DNA from: a bacterium
GTDB taxonomy: Bacteria > Patescibacteriota > Minisyncoccia > Phycocordibacterales > UBA9973
Direction: 5' to 3'
Assembly (NCBI GenBank): GCA_037130655.1
Contig: JBAXSP010000004.1
Coordinates: 337-64,336 of the forward strand
Length of the DNA stretch: 64,000 bases
Shown here piece by piece: positions 48,685-58,394 of the stretch (position 1 is the first letter of the stretch; every line of letters begins with the position of its first letter). The notes beneath the pieces are model-generated. The model saw nothing but the letters and a program-made list of their open reading frames with translations. It was not told the origin of the DNA and searched no databases. The position numbers and the translations under genes are program-made.

Positions 48685-49890
48685 ATGATACAGTATGCCT
48701 ATATGGTAGATACTGATATACAAAAAATTAACACCCTTTTGGGGCGGGGAACAGAAGATGTTTTTGTGAAAGATGATTTGTTGAAAAAACTTTCATCAGG
48801 CAAACAACTTCGAATCAAGTTCGGTATTGATCCAACTGGACCAAAGATTCATATTGGGCGAGCGGCAGTGCTTCGTAAATTAAAAGCGTTTCAAGATTTG
48901 GGGCATCAAATTGTTTTGATTATCGGAGATTTTACCGCTCAAATTGGCGATGCTTCTGATAAGAGTGAAAAACGACCAATGCTTTCCAAGGAACAAGTGA
49001 ATGAAAATTTCAAGGCATACAAAGAACAAATTGGAAAAATTTTGGATATTTCAAAAGTAGAATTTCGATACAATAGTGATTGGCTTGCAACACTTAGCTT
49101 TGCTCAAATTTGTGAACTTGCTGAAGTTTTCACGGTGCAACAAATGATTTCTCGAAGAAATTTCAAGGAACGTATTGAAAATGGGAATGAAATTTCATTA
49201 CGAGAATTTATGTACCCACTGATGCAAGGATATGATTCTGTTATGGTTGAGGCTGATGTTGAGATTGGTGGATTCGATCAATTGTTCAACTTGAAAGCAG
49301 GAAGAATAATGCAAAAACATTTTGGAAAAGAAGAACAAAATGTGTTGACGGTGCAAATGCTTGAGGGAACAGATGGACGAAAAATGTCGACCAGTTGGGG
49401 AAATGTGATTACGATTACCGATGAACCGAACGATATGTTTGGTCACATTATGTCTGTCAAAGATGAACTAATTCCAAAATACTTTTTACTTGCGACTGAT
49501 GTTGTAACTTCAGAAATTGAAATAATTACCAAAGCAATTACTGATGGAGCAAATCCAATGATATACAAAAAGCAGTTGGCAAAAGAAATTGTTGCTCTTT
49601 ATCACGGTGCGGACGCTGCGCAGAATGCGTACGAACATTTTGAAAACACCTTCTCAAAAGGAGAAATTCCAGAACTTGCAGATATGGAAGTAGCAGGAGA
49701 AACACAACTGGTAGAAATTTGTTTGCATCACGGGCTCGTGAGTTCAAAAGGAGAATTTGCTCGACTGATTGAAAGTAAATCTATTGAACATATGGATAGT
49801 GAAAAGATTGTTGATGACAAAAATGCAATCGCACAAAGCGGCACGTATCGAATAGGGAAGAAGCGATTTATCAAAATAAAAGTCATATAA
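48685..49890 (+). CDS. tyrS: Tyrosine--tRNA ligase
   Basis: HIGH-type motif (GIDPTGPKIHIGRAAV), KMSTS (a KMSKS variant), and a C-terminal S4-like domain. Confidence 0.85.
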   Translation: MIQYAYMVDTDIQKINTLLGRGTEDVFVKDDLLKKLSSGKQLRIKFGIDPTGPKIHIGRAAVLRKLKAFQDLGHQIVLIIGDFTAQIGDASDKSEKRPMLSKEQVNENFKAYKEQIGKILDISKVEFRYNSDWLATLSFAQICELAEVFTVQQMISRRNFKERIENGNEISLREFMYPLMQGYDSVMVEADVEIGGFDQLFNLKAGRIMQKHFGKEEQNVLTVQMLEGTDGRKMSTSWGNVITITDEPNDMFGHIMSVKDELIPKYFLLATDVVTSEIEIITKAITDGANPMIYKKQLAKEIVALYHGADAAQNAYEHFENTFSKGEIPELADMEVAGETQLVEICLHHGLVSSKGEFARLIESKSIEHMDSEKIVDDKNAIAQSGTYRIGKKRFIKIKVI

Positions 49891-50000
49891 TAGTGACCAG
49901 TTACTAATGACCGATGACCAATAACAAAAAAGTGACAACCAAGAGTTGTCACTTTTTTTATTCGAAACTATTGGTCACTAGTCATTGGTAATTAGTCATT
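49891..50000. repeat. Heptamer-array/terminator composite element, copy 9 (between the convergent tyrS and PilB-like genes)
   Basis: tagtgaccagttactaatgaccgatgaccaata / aaaaaagtgacaaccaagagttgtcacttttttt / ctattggtcactagtcattggtaattagtcatt. Confidence 0.75.
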
Positions 50001-50006
50001 ATCTCT

Positions 50007-51710
50007 CTAATCTTCATCGAAATCTACAACCTCCACTGCTTCCTCATATGTTGTCACACCATTCAAGATTTTCACCACTGCGTCTTCTTTCATATCAAGA
50101 ATGTGTTGTGTTTCAGATGCTTTTTTGATTTCTCGTTCACTTGGGTTTTTGTTTACGATATCTTCAATTGATTGGTCTGTGAGTATTGCTTCGAACACAC
50201 CGATTCGTCCTTTGTATCCAGTTCCGCTACATTTTTCACAACCAACCGCTTGTTTGACTTTCATATCCATATCAGCTGATACATTATATGAAGCCATATC
50301 TTTTCCTTCTGCAATCGCCTGTGTGATAATCGCGCTGAATATGTTCTTTTCATTTTCGTTTGCGTCACGATCTGTCGCACAGTATTTACAAACTTTTCTG
50401 ATCAACCGTTGTGCTACTGAAATAGTGAGAGCAGAAGTGAGGATTTTTGGATTGATACCAAGGTCAATCAAGCGGGGAATAACACCTGCGGCATTGTTGG
50501 TGTGGAGTGTTGAGAACACCAAGTGACCAGTAAGTGCTGCGTTGATTGCAATTGTTGCTGTGTCTTTGTCTCGGATTTCTCCCACCATGATTACGTCAGG
50601 GTCTTGTCTTAGTGCTGCACGAAGTCCTTCAGGGAAACCGTAGCCTTTGTCGATTTCAGTTTGAGTTTGAGTGATACCTGCGAGGTGATATTCAATCGGG
50701 TCTTCAATAGTAAGAATTTTTAACTCAGGATCATAGATGCGACGAAGGAATGAATAGAGGGTGGTTGTTTTTCCAGATCCTGTTGGTCCGGTGATCAACA
50801 TCAATCCATTTGGTTTTTTGATTTCGTGATCCAGAATCTTAAAGAGTTTTGGTTCGATTCCCAGGTCTTCGAATTTTACTTTCGTTGCTTTTGGGTTGAG
50901 TAGACGCATAACAATTCCTTCGCCGTATGCAGATGGAATGATTGATGTACGAATACCAATTTCATCTCCGCTAATAAAAATACTAAAACGTCCATCCTGT
51001 GCTTGGTCTGTTTGAGTAAGTTTCAATCCTGAGATCAATTTGATACGAGAGTCGATCATTCTGAACTTTGCTTCATCAAAGAATGCTACATCTTGCAACA
51101 CTCCGTCGAGACGATACCGTAAACGAATTCGTTCATGCTCTGGTTCGATGTGAATATCAGACGCATCAATCGAAATTGCTCCAGCGAGAATAATTTCAAG
51201 CATGCGAGAAGTTTTCTTTTGAGAGCCGTCAGAAATAATTTGTTCAATGATTTTTCTAATATCATCAATTGTTTTAATCTGTGTCCCGAGTGCAAGGAGA
51301 GTGTCTCCGGTGATGTCGATACCACCTTCTCGAGAAACAGTGGTGTTTGAAAGTTCGCGATAGCGTTCCCAAACTTTTGTGAGACTGGCGATTGATGCCA
51401 TATAGATATGAGGAACATATCCTTTTTTGATGAGGTTTGCTGTCAGTAATGCAACATCGGTGTGAGCAGGAGAGTGTAGTGCGATGTGCAGATTGTTCCC
51501 GGCTAGTTTGAACGGAGCAACTTCCATATCATGTGCGTCTTTTTCGTCGAAGGCTCGCAATGCTTCGTTTTCAATAACCACTCCAGCAAGGTTGATATAT
51601 GGAATATTGTATTTTTCGGTCGCCAACATTTCTACCAAACCCTCTTCTTCTTGTTTTCGTAGTTCGTCAACGCGTTTGTTTTGTGATTTGTCATCAAAAG
51701 AAATACTCAT
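50007..51710 (-). CDS. Type IV pilus assembly / type II secretion ATPase (PilB/GspE family)
   Basis: Walker A LITGPTGSGKTTTL, Asp and His boxes, and a C-terminal tetra-Cys motif (CKYCATD...CEKCSGTGYKGR). Confidence 0.9.
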   Translation of the reverse strand: MSISFDDKSQNKRVDELRKQEEEGLVEMLATEKYNIPYINLAGVVIENEALRAFDEKDAHDMEVAPFKLAGNNLHIALHSPAHTDVALLTANLIKKGYVPHIYMASIASLTKVWERYRELSNTTVSREGGIDITGDTLLALGTQIKTIDDIRKIIEQIISDGSQKKTSRMLEIILAGAISIDASDIHIEPEHERIRLRYRLDGVLQDVAFFDEAKFRMIDSRIKLISGLKLTQTDQAQDGRFSIFISGDEIGIRTSIIPSAYGEGIVMRLLNPKATKVKFEDLGIEPKLFKILDHEIKKPNGLMLITGPTGSGKTTTLYSFLRRIYDPELKILTIEDPIEYHLAGITQTQTEIDKGYGFPEGLRAALRQDPDVIMVGEIRDKDTATIAINAALTGHLVFSTLHTNNAAGVIPRLIDLGINPKILTSALTISVAQRLIRKVCKYCATDRDANENEKNIFSAIITQAIAEGKDMASYNVSADMDMKVKQAVGCEKCSGTGYKGRIGVFEAILTDQSIEDIVNKNPSEREIKKASETQHILDMKEDAVVKILNGVTTYEEAVEVVDFDED

Positions 51711-51734
51711 GGTCTTTTTAGTTTAACACAAAAA

Positions 51735-51772
51735 AAGCAATGACCAATGACTAGTGACTAATGACTAATAAA
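51735..51772. repeat. Solo heptamer array (half element) upstream of the PilB-like gene
   Basis: gcaatgaccaatgactagtgactaatgactaataaaa with no partner arm or GC hairpin. It is followed by an AT-rich stretch and MITE copy C. Confidence 0.55.
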
Positions 51773-51862
51773 ATTTAAATTATAAAAAATAAATAATTAT
51801 TTTTTATAAAAATATATAAACTATTATTTAAAATAATTGCAATTTTTTTTCATGGAATGAAG

Positions 51863-51955
51863 GTGTGTTTTTCAGTAGACTCTGCGCAGACTGACGAGTC
51901 GAGCAAAGTAATTTTTCACCAGAAAAATATACGTGTCTACTGAAAAACAGCACCT
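51863..51955. mobile_element. MITE-like element, TTTTTCACCAGAAAAA-core family (copy C), flanked by an 8-bp direct duplication
   Basis: TIR gtgtgtttttcagtagac / gtctactgaaaaacagcac. Core gcgcagactgacgagtcgagcaaagtaaTTTTTCACCAGAAAAAta. Flanking direct repeats gaatgaag at 51855-51862 and 51956-51963. Confidence 0.6.
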
Positions 51956-52022
51956 GAATGAAGACTTGACAAACATATTGTATTGTGATACAATCTTGTT
52001 AGAAATCAAATAATATACAAAA

Positions 52023-53342
52023 TTGAAACAGTACATTTTAAACATCAAAAAAGTCCTTTTTACGGCAATCATTGTTTTGGTTGTGTCAGCAAAAGGCTAC
52101 ACAAAAAATTCTAACGATACTACTTGGCATCATTTGCCATATAGTAAAAATCCAACCACTCAAAAAACCGGAGCAGAAATTGCGGAGGGGATTGAGAATG
52201 GAACACTTGAACTGAACATGAGTATTGATGAGTTTGTAATTCAAAAAACAAACATTATCAACATTTATTGCAAACGCGACAAATGGAAAGATGCTCAAGG
52301 AAATCTGGTGGCCCCATACAAAGCCTCGAGGCAATTCATTGCTTCAATGTATCGGAACGCAAAACTGCAAACCGCAAGTTGGCAGTCCGACCAAGCATTG
52401 GTTTTTAGATTAACAACCGGAAGTATTGGTTCTGGGAAAAAAGAGAAAGTAGTCATAAAATATTTTGACTACTGGAACAGAAATCCTTACCAAAACGAAG
52501 GAATGTTTACAATTAGCCCAAGTGCTTTGTCCGATGTTGTTGGTAATTATCCAGATATTAATTTGGGTAGCAACCAGTGTTTGAATGATATTTTTATCAA
52601 ACAAATACAACAGCAACCAATCGCTCAGACTCCTGCTCCTTGCACAACATGTAATCAGCAGGTACAGCAACAGGTGTACCAGCAACCACAACAACAGCCA
52701 TGCAACAATTGCCAACAAGTGCAATGTCAGGGTGGATGTAACACGTGGAGCGGTATTCCTGTTAGAGTTCCGGCGATCTACACAGATCAGTACACAAGTC
52801 CGTGGTGGAACTTCAATGGCTATCCTCCAAACGTTAACTGTAACTACGGTTACGGAAACATGGGGTATGCACAACAAGGTTGTGGGTATTGCGGTGTTGT
52901 TGGTTGTAATGGTGGTTGTTATGGAAGAGGGAGAAATCCTTATCCGTATATGATTGCAGGACAATTAATCAGTGCTGGAACAATGCTCGGTTTGGCTTAT
53001 TTTAGCCAACCGCAACAAACCATTTTGGTTCAAAACTACAATACAACGACTTCAAATGGTGGAACGTCTCAGACGTGGACACCGACCAATAACGGGAGCG
53101 GTATTGTTGTTACCCCTGGGGGGAGCACATCAGCACTTAATTGGGGCACTGGAAACAGTAACAGTGGTGGAACAAACCAAACAAACACAGGTCTTAACTG
53201 GGGAACCGGAAACAGTTTCGGTGGTGGAACAAACCAAACAAACACGAACTTTAACACAGGAACTGGAAACAGTTTTAATGGAGGGGGTTCGTCAAATTGG
53301 GGAGGAACATCTTATGTTATTCCTGCTCAATGGTTGCGTTAA
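52023..53342 (+). CDS. Secreted Cys- and Gln/Asn/Gly-rich hypothetical protein with internal tandem repeats
   Basis: 439 aa with a signal peptide. A QQ/C-rich middle region, and the C-terminus has ~19-aa tandem repeats (NWGTGNS.GGTNQTNT). Confidence 0.5.
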   Translation: MKQYILNIKKVLFTAIIVLVVSAKGYTKNSNDTTWHHLPYSKNPTTQKTGAEIAEGIENGTLELNMSIDEFVIQKTNIINIYCKRDKWKDAQGNLVAPYKASRQFIASMYRNAKLQTASWQSDQALVFRLTTGSIGSGKKEKVVIKYFDYWNRNPYQNEGMFTISPSALSDVVGNYPDINLGSNQCLNDIFIKQIQQQPIAQTPAPCTTCNQQVQQQVYQQPQQQPCNNCQQVQCQGGCNTWSGIPVRVPAIYTDQYTSPWWNFNGYPPNVNCNYGYGNMGYAQQGCGYCGVVGCNGGCYGRGRNPYPYMIAGQLISAGTMLGLAYFSQPQQTILVQNYNTTTSNGGTSQTWTPTNNGSGIVVTPGGSTSALNWGTGNSNSGGTNQTNTGLNWGTGNSFGGGTNQTNTNFNTGTGNSFNGGGSSNWGGTSYVIPAQWLR

Positions 53343-53468
53343 GTTTTTTTTTTGTAATATTGGGCATCGTTTCGATGATGCCCTCTATTTTTAAGTATTT
53401 GTGATACATTTGTAGTCGCACGAATACTCAAAAATGGAGGAATCCATTGTTAAGTAATAAATAATTAT

Positions 53469-55298
53469 ATGAATAAAACAATACAAAAAATAATCAAACT
53501 GGTATCGTTTTCTGCGCTCGCACTTTTTGCTAGTGCAACTTTTGCGTCTGCTACACAGTTTCCAACTGTGTCAGTGATGAATGCAACAAACAATCCAGGG
53601 TGTAATTTTGCACAATGTGGATCATCTTCAGTTTCTGCAAACCCTGGAGATATTATCTCTGTGCAAATCTTTTACAATAACACAACAGCAAGTGCACAAA
53701 ATGTGACACTTAGTCTTTCTCCTCGTACACAAACAGGAACAACTTTTTCTTTCACTGGATCTGCAAGTAATGCAGGAAGTGGAACAGTAAGTGTGACTGT
53801 TTCAGGAGGACAATCACAAACAGCAACATTGATGTCTGGTACTGCTCGTTGGTACAAAGATATTCCAACAAATAACCAACTCGTAAACGGTGTGTCTGTT
53901 GACTCACTCTTTGCTGGAAGTTTTTCAGTTGGAACACTAGCTCCGGTACAAGGTAATGCTTCTCCGAACCAAGGTGTGCTTGTTGTCGATTTCCAAATTT
54001 CAAACAATCAATATCAACCACAAACATACGCATGTAATGATGGGATTGATAATGATGGGGATGGATACCGAGACTATCCAAGCGATAGTGGTTGTACAAG
54101 TGCAACTGATAACGATGAATACAATACTCCAATCAATACTATTATTTGGGGATGTATGGATTATCGTGCAACGAATTACAATGCAAGTGCAACTCGTGAT
54201 AACGGAAACTGTACTTATGTAAACAACAACACAACAACATATGTGTGGGGTTGTACAAACTCAAGTGCATACAACTATGATTATCGTGCAAACCGTGATG
54301 ATGGTTCTTGCCGATATAACAACAATAATAACTCCACAAACAACCAAAGCCCAACTGTTGCTACAACAATGGCTACAAACATTTCAACGAGTGCTGCCCG
54401 ACTAAATGGTATTGCGTATGCAAACAACAATAATACAAACGTATGGTTCGAATGGGGTCAAACAACTTCATACGGAAATCGTACAAACACTGTTTCAATT
54501 GGAACAGCAAATGGACAAGCAATGTCTGATTCTATTTATGGATTGCAAGCTGGTACTATTTATTACTACCGAGCAGTTGCTCAAAATAATTTCGGTACTG
54601 TGTACGGTGAACGCGTATGGTTCCGAACAACTGGTGATGGTGTGGTAGATTCTACAAACACAACGACTACAAAAATCGTATACATTCACGATAGTTCAAA
54701 AACAGTCAATTTGATTCCTGCACAAACAGTGCCATCATTGATTGCACTTCGTATTGAAAACAAATTTGATTCTGTGTGTACTGGAGATAATCTTGAATAC
54801 ACCGTAACGTATCAAAACGTTTCGGGAAAAACAATTTCAAACGTAGTACTACAAGTAGTACTACCAGGCGGAGTTAGTTTTGTAAGATCATCAAATGGTT
54901 CATTTGATAAAGATTCAAACACACTCACTATCCCACTTGGAACACTTACTCCAAACCAAACTGGAACTGCGTATGTATCTGCTCACATTGATACAATTGC
55001 AAGTGATACTGATATCGTAGTTACAACTGCGCGTATGGTATACACTCACCCAGTAAGTGGTGCACAAGAAGATGTGATTGCATATGATATCAATCATAAA
55101 GGTGCATGTAGTTCAATTGGACTCGGTGCTGCAGCATTGTTTGGAAATGGATTTTTCCCAACAACATTCTTCGGATGGTTGCTATTGATTCTTGTAATCT
55201 TGATTCTTGTATTGATTGCTCGCAATCTCTATGATCGCAAAAGACTAACTAATACAAAAACAAGTAGTAGTACAAACACAACAACTTTGTCGCAGTAA
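53469..55298 (+). CDS. Cell-surface hypothetical protein with Ig/Fn3-like and DUF11-like segments, an IDNDGDG Ca-binding-like motif, and a C-terminal TM anchor
   Basis: 609 aa with a signal peptide. CNDGIDNDGDGYRDYPSDSGC; a tandem Cys-containing ~30-aa repeat; an Fn3-like WFEWGQTTSYGNRT...YYYRAVAQNNFGTVYGERVWFRT; C-terminal LLLILVILILVLIA. Confidence 0.5.
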   Translation: MNKTIQKIIKLVSFSALALFASATFASATQFPTVSVMNATNNPGCNFAQCGSSSVSANPGDIISVQIFYNNTTASAQNVTLSLSPRTQTGTTFSFTGSASNAGSGTVSVTVSGGQSQTATLMSGTARWYKDIPTNNQLVNGVSVDSLFAGSFSVGTLAPVQGNASPNQGVLVVDFQISNNQYQPQTYACNDGIDNDGDGYRDYPSDSGCTSATDNDEYNTPINTIIWGCMDYRATNYNASATRDNGNCTYVNNNTTTYVWGCTNSSAYNYDYRANRDDGSCRYNNNNNSTNNQSPTVATTMATNISTSAARLNGIAYANNNNTNVWFEWGQTTSYGNRTNTVSIGTANGQAMSDSIYGLQAGTIYYYRAVAQNNFGTVYGERVWFRTTGDGVVDSTNTTTTKIVYIHDSSKTVNLIPAQTVPSLIALRIENKFDSVCTGDNLEYTVTYQNVSGKTISNVVLQVVLPGGVSFVRSSNGSFDKDSNTLTIPLGTLTPNQTGTAYVSAHIDTIASDTDIVVTTARMVYTHPVSGAQEDVIAYDINHKGACSSIGLGAAALFGNGFFPTTFFGWLLLILVILILVLIARNLYDRKRLTNTKTSSSTNTTTLSQ

Positions 55299-55299
55299 G

Positions 55300-55368
55300 C
55301 GACTAGCTCCTAGCATCTAGCTACTAGCTAAAAAAAGAACAGCGACCTTTGGTCGCTGTTCTTTTTTT
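55300..55368. repeat. Variant heptamer-array/terminator element (CTAGC-type arm)
   Basis: gactagctcctagcatctagctactagcta, then the hairpin aaaaaaagaacagcgacctttggtcgctgttcttttttt. The right arm is absent. Confidence 0.55.
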
Positions 55369-55406
55369 GGTGGAACTTGATTGTCTTTTTGTGTTACAGT
55401 GTCCAT

Positions 55407-55871
55407 ATGGAAAAAGACAAAAAGTTCGAATTGGTGACACTCACTGACACTGCACAACTTGCAGTAGAGATTGTTTCATTGATCTCGGAAAACATGAAGC
55501 ACAGTGATGTTGGTGCACAAGTAGTACTCCTTTCTGGTACACTCGGCACCGGCAAGACAACCCTTTCACAAGCAATCGCAAAAGAACTTGGTGTTACCGA
55601 AACTGTTATCTCACCAACTTTTATTCTTATGAAACGATACGAAAGTCAAAATGATTTGATAAAAAATTTGGTGCACATTGATGCATATCGTCTCGAGAAC
55701 AAAGAAGAAATGAGCAGGTTGGAATGGGAAGCATTGATCAATCAAAACAATACACTCATCTTGCTTGAATGGCCAGAAAAAGTTTCAGGCATTCTGTTAC
55801 CAGAGAAAACGATCACTGTTTCACTGGTCCATGAAAGCGAAGGACGAAGACGTGCAACAATTTCATTTTAA
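55407..55871 (+). CDS. tsaE: tRNA threonylcarbamoyladenosine biosynthesis protein TsaE
   Basis: LSGTLGTGKTTLSQAIAKELGV, SPTFILMKRYE, HIDAYRLE. Confidence 0.8.
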   Translation: MEKDKKFELVTLTDTAQLAVEIVSLISENMKHSDVGAQVVLLSGTLGTGKTTLSQAIAKELGVTETVISPTFILMKRYESQNDLIKNLVHIDAYRLENKEEMSRLEWEALINQNNTLILLEWPEKVSGILLPEKTITVSLVHESEGRRRATISF

Positions 55872-55889
55872 AAAAATTTTTCAAAGCGT

Positions 55890-58259
55890 ATGGCAAAAAA
55901 ACTAACGGACAAAAATAAAAAGACACTCGTATTACTTGATGCTCATGCAATCATTCACCGTGCATATCACGCACTACCAGAATTTGCGACACGTGCCGGA
56001 GTTCCGACAGGCGCACTCTATGGTATCATTGCAATGGTGCTCAAAATCACCGAAGAGTTACAACCAGATTATATTGTTGCGTGTTACGATCTTCCGCAAA
56101 AAACATTTCGCCATGAAGCGTATGACGCCTACAAAGGTACTCGTGCAAAAACTGATGATGCACTCGTTTCGCAAATAATACAATCACGAGAAATTTTCGA
56201 CGCATTAAATATTCCAATGTATGATGCACCAGGTTTTGAGGCCGATGATGTGCTCGGTGCAATTGCAGAGCAAACAAAAAATGATGACACGTTGAATGTG
56301 ATCATTGCGTCAGGTGATATGGACACACTTCAATTGGTTGAAGGAAACCGTGTGCAAGTGTACACCTTGAAAAAAGGTTTGAACGATACCATTATTTATA
56401 ATGAAAAAGCGGTGGTGGAAAGATTCGGATTTTTGCCAATTCAAATTCCAGATTACAAAGGATTGCGCGGTGATACATCTGACAACATTATTGGAGTCAA
56501 AGGTATCGGAGAAAAAACTGCAACAAGTTTGATTCTTGCATATAAGACAATCGAACAACTATTTGTCGCAATTAAAAAGGACAGAGACAGTGTCAAGAAA
56601 AAAGCAAGTGTCACTGATCGCATCATTGACCTATTGATTGAAAATGAAGAAGAAGCATTGTTCTCAAAAACACTCGCAACAATTCGTCGCGATGTGCCAA
56701 TTACTTTTGTACTTCCAGAAGAATTCAAAAAAAATGCAGAACGAGAAAAATTGATTGCACTCTGTCAGAAATTTGAATTCCGAAGCTTGATTACACGTAT
56801 CGAAAAAGTTTTTGGTTTTGATCCAATCAAAGATGAAATCGAAATCAAAGGCGATGATATTTTTTTGGTGAAGAAATTGAGCATCGCAACGTCGCTACTC
56901 AATTCAGAAGACAAAGAACCAGACATCGGCGCGATTTTATTTCACACAAAAACAACAACGATTGCAGATGCAGAAAAAGTATTGATGCAAGATATCAAGA
57001 AAAATAATTTGGAATTTGTTTTTGATGTAATTGAAACTCCACTCATTCCGATTATTTCTGAGCTCGAAGAAAATGGTATTTTGATTGATGTAGAATATTT
57101 GAAAAAGTTGAGCAAAGAATATCACACAGCGCTCGATATTTTGGAAAAGAAAATTTACGAACTAACTGGTGAGACATTCAATATCAATTCACCAAAACAA
57201 CTAGCAGAAATTTTGTACGACAAGTTGGAACTTTCGGATGGAATCAAAATGAAAAAAACTGCCGGTGGTGCACGTTCAACAAAAGAATCCGAACTGCTTA
57301 AAATGAAAGACGCACATCCAGTCATTTCATTTATTCTTGAATACCGCGAATTACAAAAATTACTTTCGACCTACATCGACACCTTGCCGAGTTTGGTGAA
57401 AGAAGACGGAAGAATTCATGCACACTTTTTGCAGACAGGAACCACGACCGGACGCTTTGGTTGTGAAAATCCAAACCTGCAAAATATTCCAATCAAGACA
57501 GAATTAGGAAAACGAATTCGAAATGGTTTTGTTGCAAGCAAGGGTTGTACATTGGTTTCGTTCGACTATTCACAAATCGAACTTCGGGTAGCGGCAATGC
57601 TTGCAGGCGATACGTATATGACCGAAGCGTTTATTCGAGGTGATGACATTCACACAGCAGTGGCAATGAAAGTCTTTGGGGTAAGTGAAGCAGATATGAC
57701 TTATGATATGCGACGTCGAGCAAAAGTCATCAACTTCGGTATTCTCTATGGTATGGGGGTGACCGCACTCAAAGATGCACTAGGAACCGACCGTAAAGAA
57801 GCCCAAGCTTTCTACGACAACTATTTCTTGGCCTTTCCTTCGATTGCGGGATATTTGGAAGGAATTAAGGAATTTGCTAAAAAGCACGGATTTACGACAA
57901 CATTGTATGGACGACGACGTTATTTCCCAAATATTAAATCAAGTATCCAGTTTATCCGAGCAATGGCTGAGCGAACTGCGATCAATGCACCAATCCAAGG
58001 AACAGGGGCGGATATTATGAAATTGGGAATGATTAAGGCTCAAACAGAGCTTGCGAAGGCTGGTTTGAATGAAAAAGCCAAAATGGTGCTTCAGGTGCAC
58101 GATGAAATCATTTATGAAGTAGAACATAGTGCAGTAGAACAAGTAACGAAAATTGTTAGTAATGCGCTGGTGACAGCAATGCCGGATGAACCAAAGCCAA
58201 CAATCACAGTCCCTCTTGCTGTAGGAGTAAAACAAGGAGAAAATTGGGGTGTATTATAG
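55890..58259 (+). CDS. polA: DNA polymerase I (5'-3' exonuclease + polymerase domains; reduced 3'-5' exonuclease region)
   Basis: N-terminal 5'-nuclease (LVLLDAHAIIHRAYHAL), polymerase motifs A (DYSQIELR), B (RRRAKVINFGILYG) and C (QVHDEIIYE). 789 aa. Confidence 0.9.
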   Translation: MAKKLTDKNKKTLVLLDAHAIIHRAYHALPEFATRAGVPTGALYGIIAMVLKITEELQPDYIVACYDLPQKTFRHEAYDAYKGTRAKTDDALVSQIIQSREIFDALNIPMYDAPGFEADDVLGAIAEQTKNDDTLNVIIASGDMDTLQLVEGNRVQVYTLKKGLNDTIIYNEKAVVERFGFLPIQIPDYKGLRGDTSDNIIGVKGIGEKTATSLILAYKTIEQLFVAIKKDRDSVKKKASVTDRIIDLLIENEEEALFSKTLATIRRDVPITFVLPEEFKKNAEREKLIALCQKFEFRSLITRIEKVFGFDPIKDEIEIKGDDIFLVKKLSIATSLLNSEDKEPDIGAILFHTKTTTIADAEKVLMQDIKKNNLEFVFDVIETPLIPIISELEENGILIDVEYLKKLSKEYHTALDILEKKIYELTGETFNINSPKQLAEILYDKLELSDGIKMKKTAGGARSTKESELLKMKDAHPVISFILEYRELQKLLSTYIDTLPSLVKEDGRIHAHFLQTGTTTGRFGCENPNLQNIPIKTELGKRIRNGFVASKGCTLVSFDYSQIELRVAAMLAGDTYMTEAFIRGDDIHTAVAMKVFGVSEADMTYDMRRRAKVINFGILYGMGVTALKDALGTDRKEAQAFYDNYFLAFPSIAGYLEGIKEFAKKHGFTTTLYGRRRYFPNIKSSIQFIRAMAERTAINAPIQGTGADIMKLGMIKAQTELAKAGLNEKAKMVLQVHDEIIYEVEHSAVEQVTKIVSNALVTAMPDEPKPTITVPLAVGVKQGENWGVL

Positions 58260-58372
58260 GTTCTAGTGATTAGTTTCTAGTTGCTAGTAAAAACATAGAA
58301 AAAAGAGCGAAAACCTACGGTTTTCGCTCTTTTTTTGTTAAAACTAGAACCTAGTCACTAGCCACTAGAACC
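58258..58372. repeat. Variant heptamer-array/terminator element (CTAGT / ACTAGAA-type arms)
   Basis: ggttctagtgattagtttctagttgctagta / aaaaaagagcgaaaacctacggttttcgctcttttttt / aaaactagaacctagtcactagccactagaacc. Confidence 0.65.
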
Positions 58373-58394
58373 TATCACTTGCTATACTCTCTCT

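Noticed and set aside
55890-58259. Possibility that polA lacks a proofreading domain because of a deletion or pseudogenisation
   Set aside because: The ORF is intact, with the 5'-nuclease and all polymerase motifs. A reduced 3'-5' exonuclease region is common in several bacterial Pol I enzymes, so it is not treated as anomalous.
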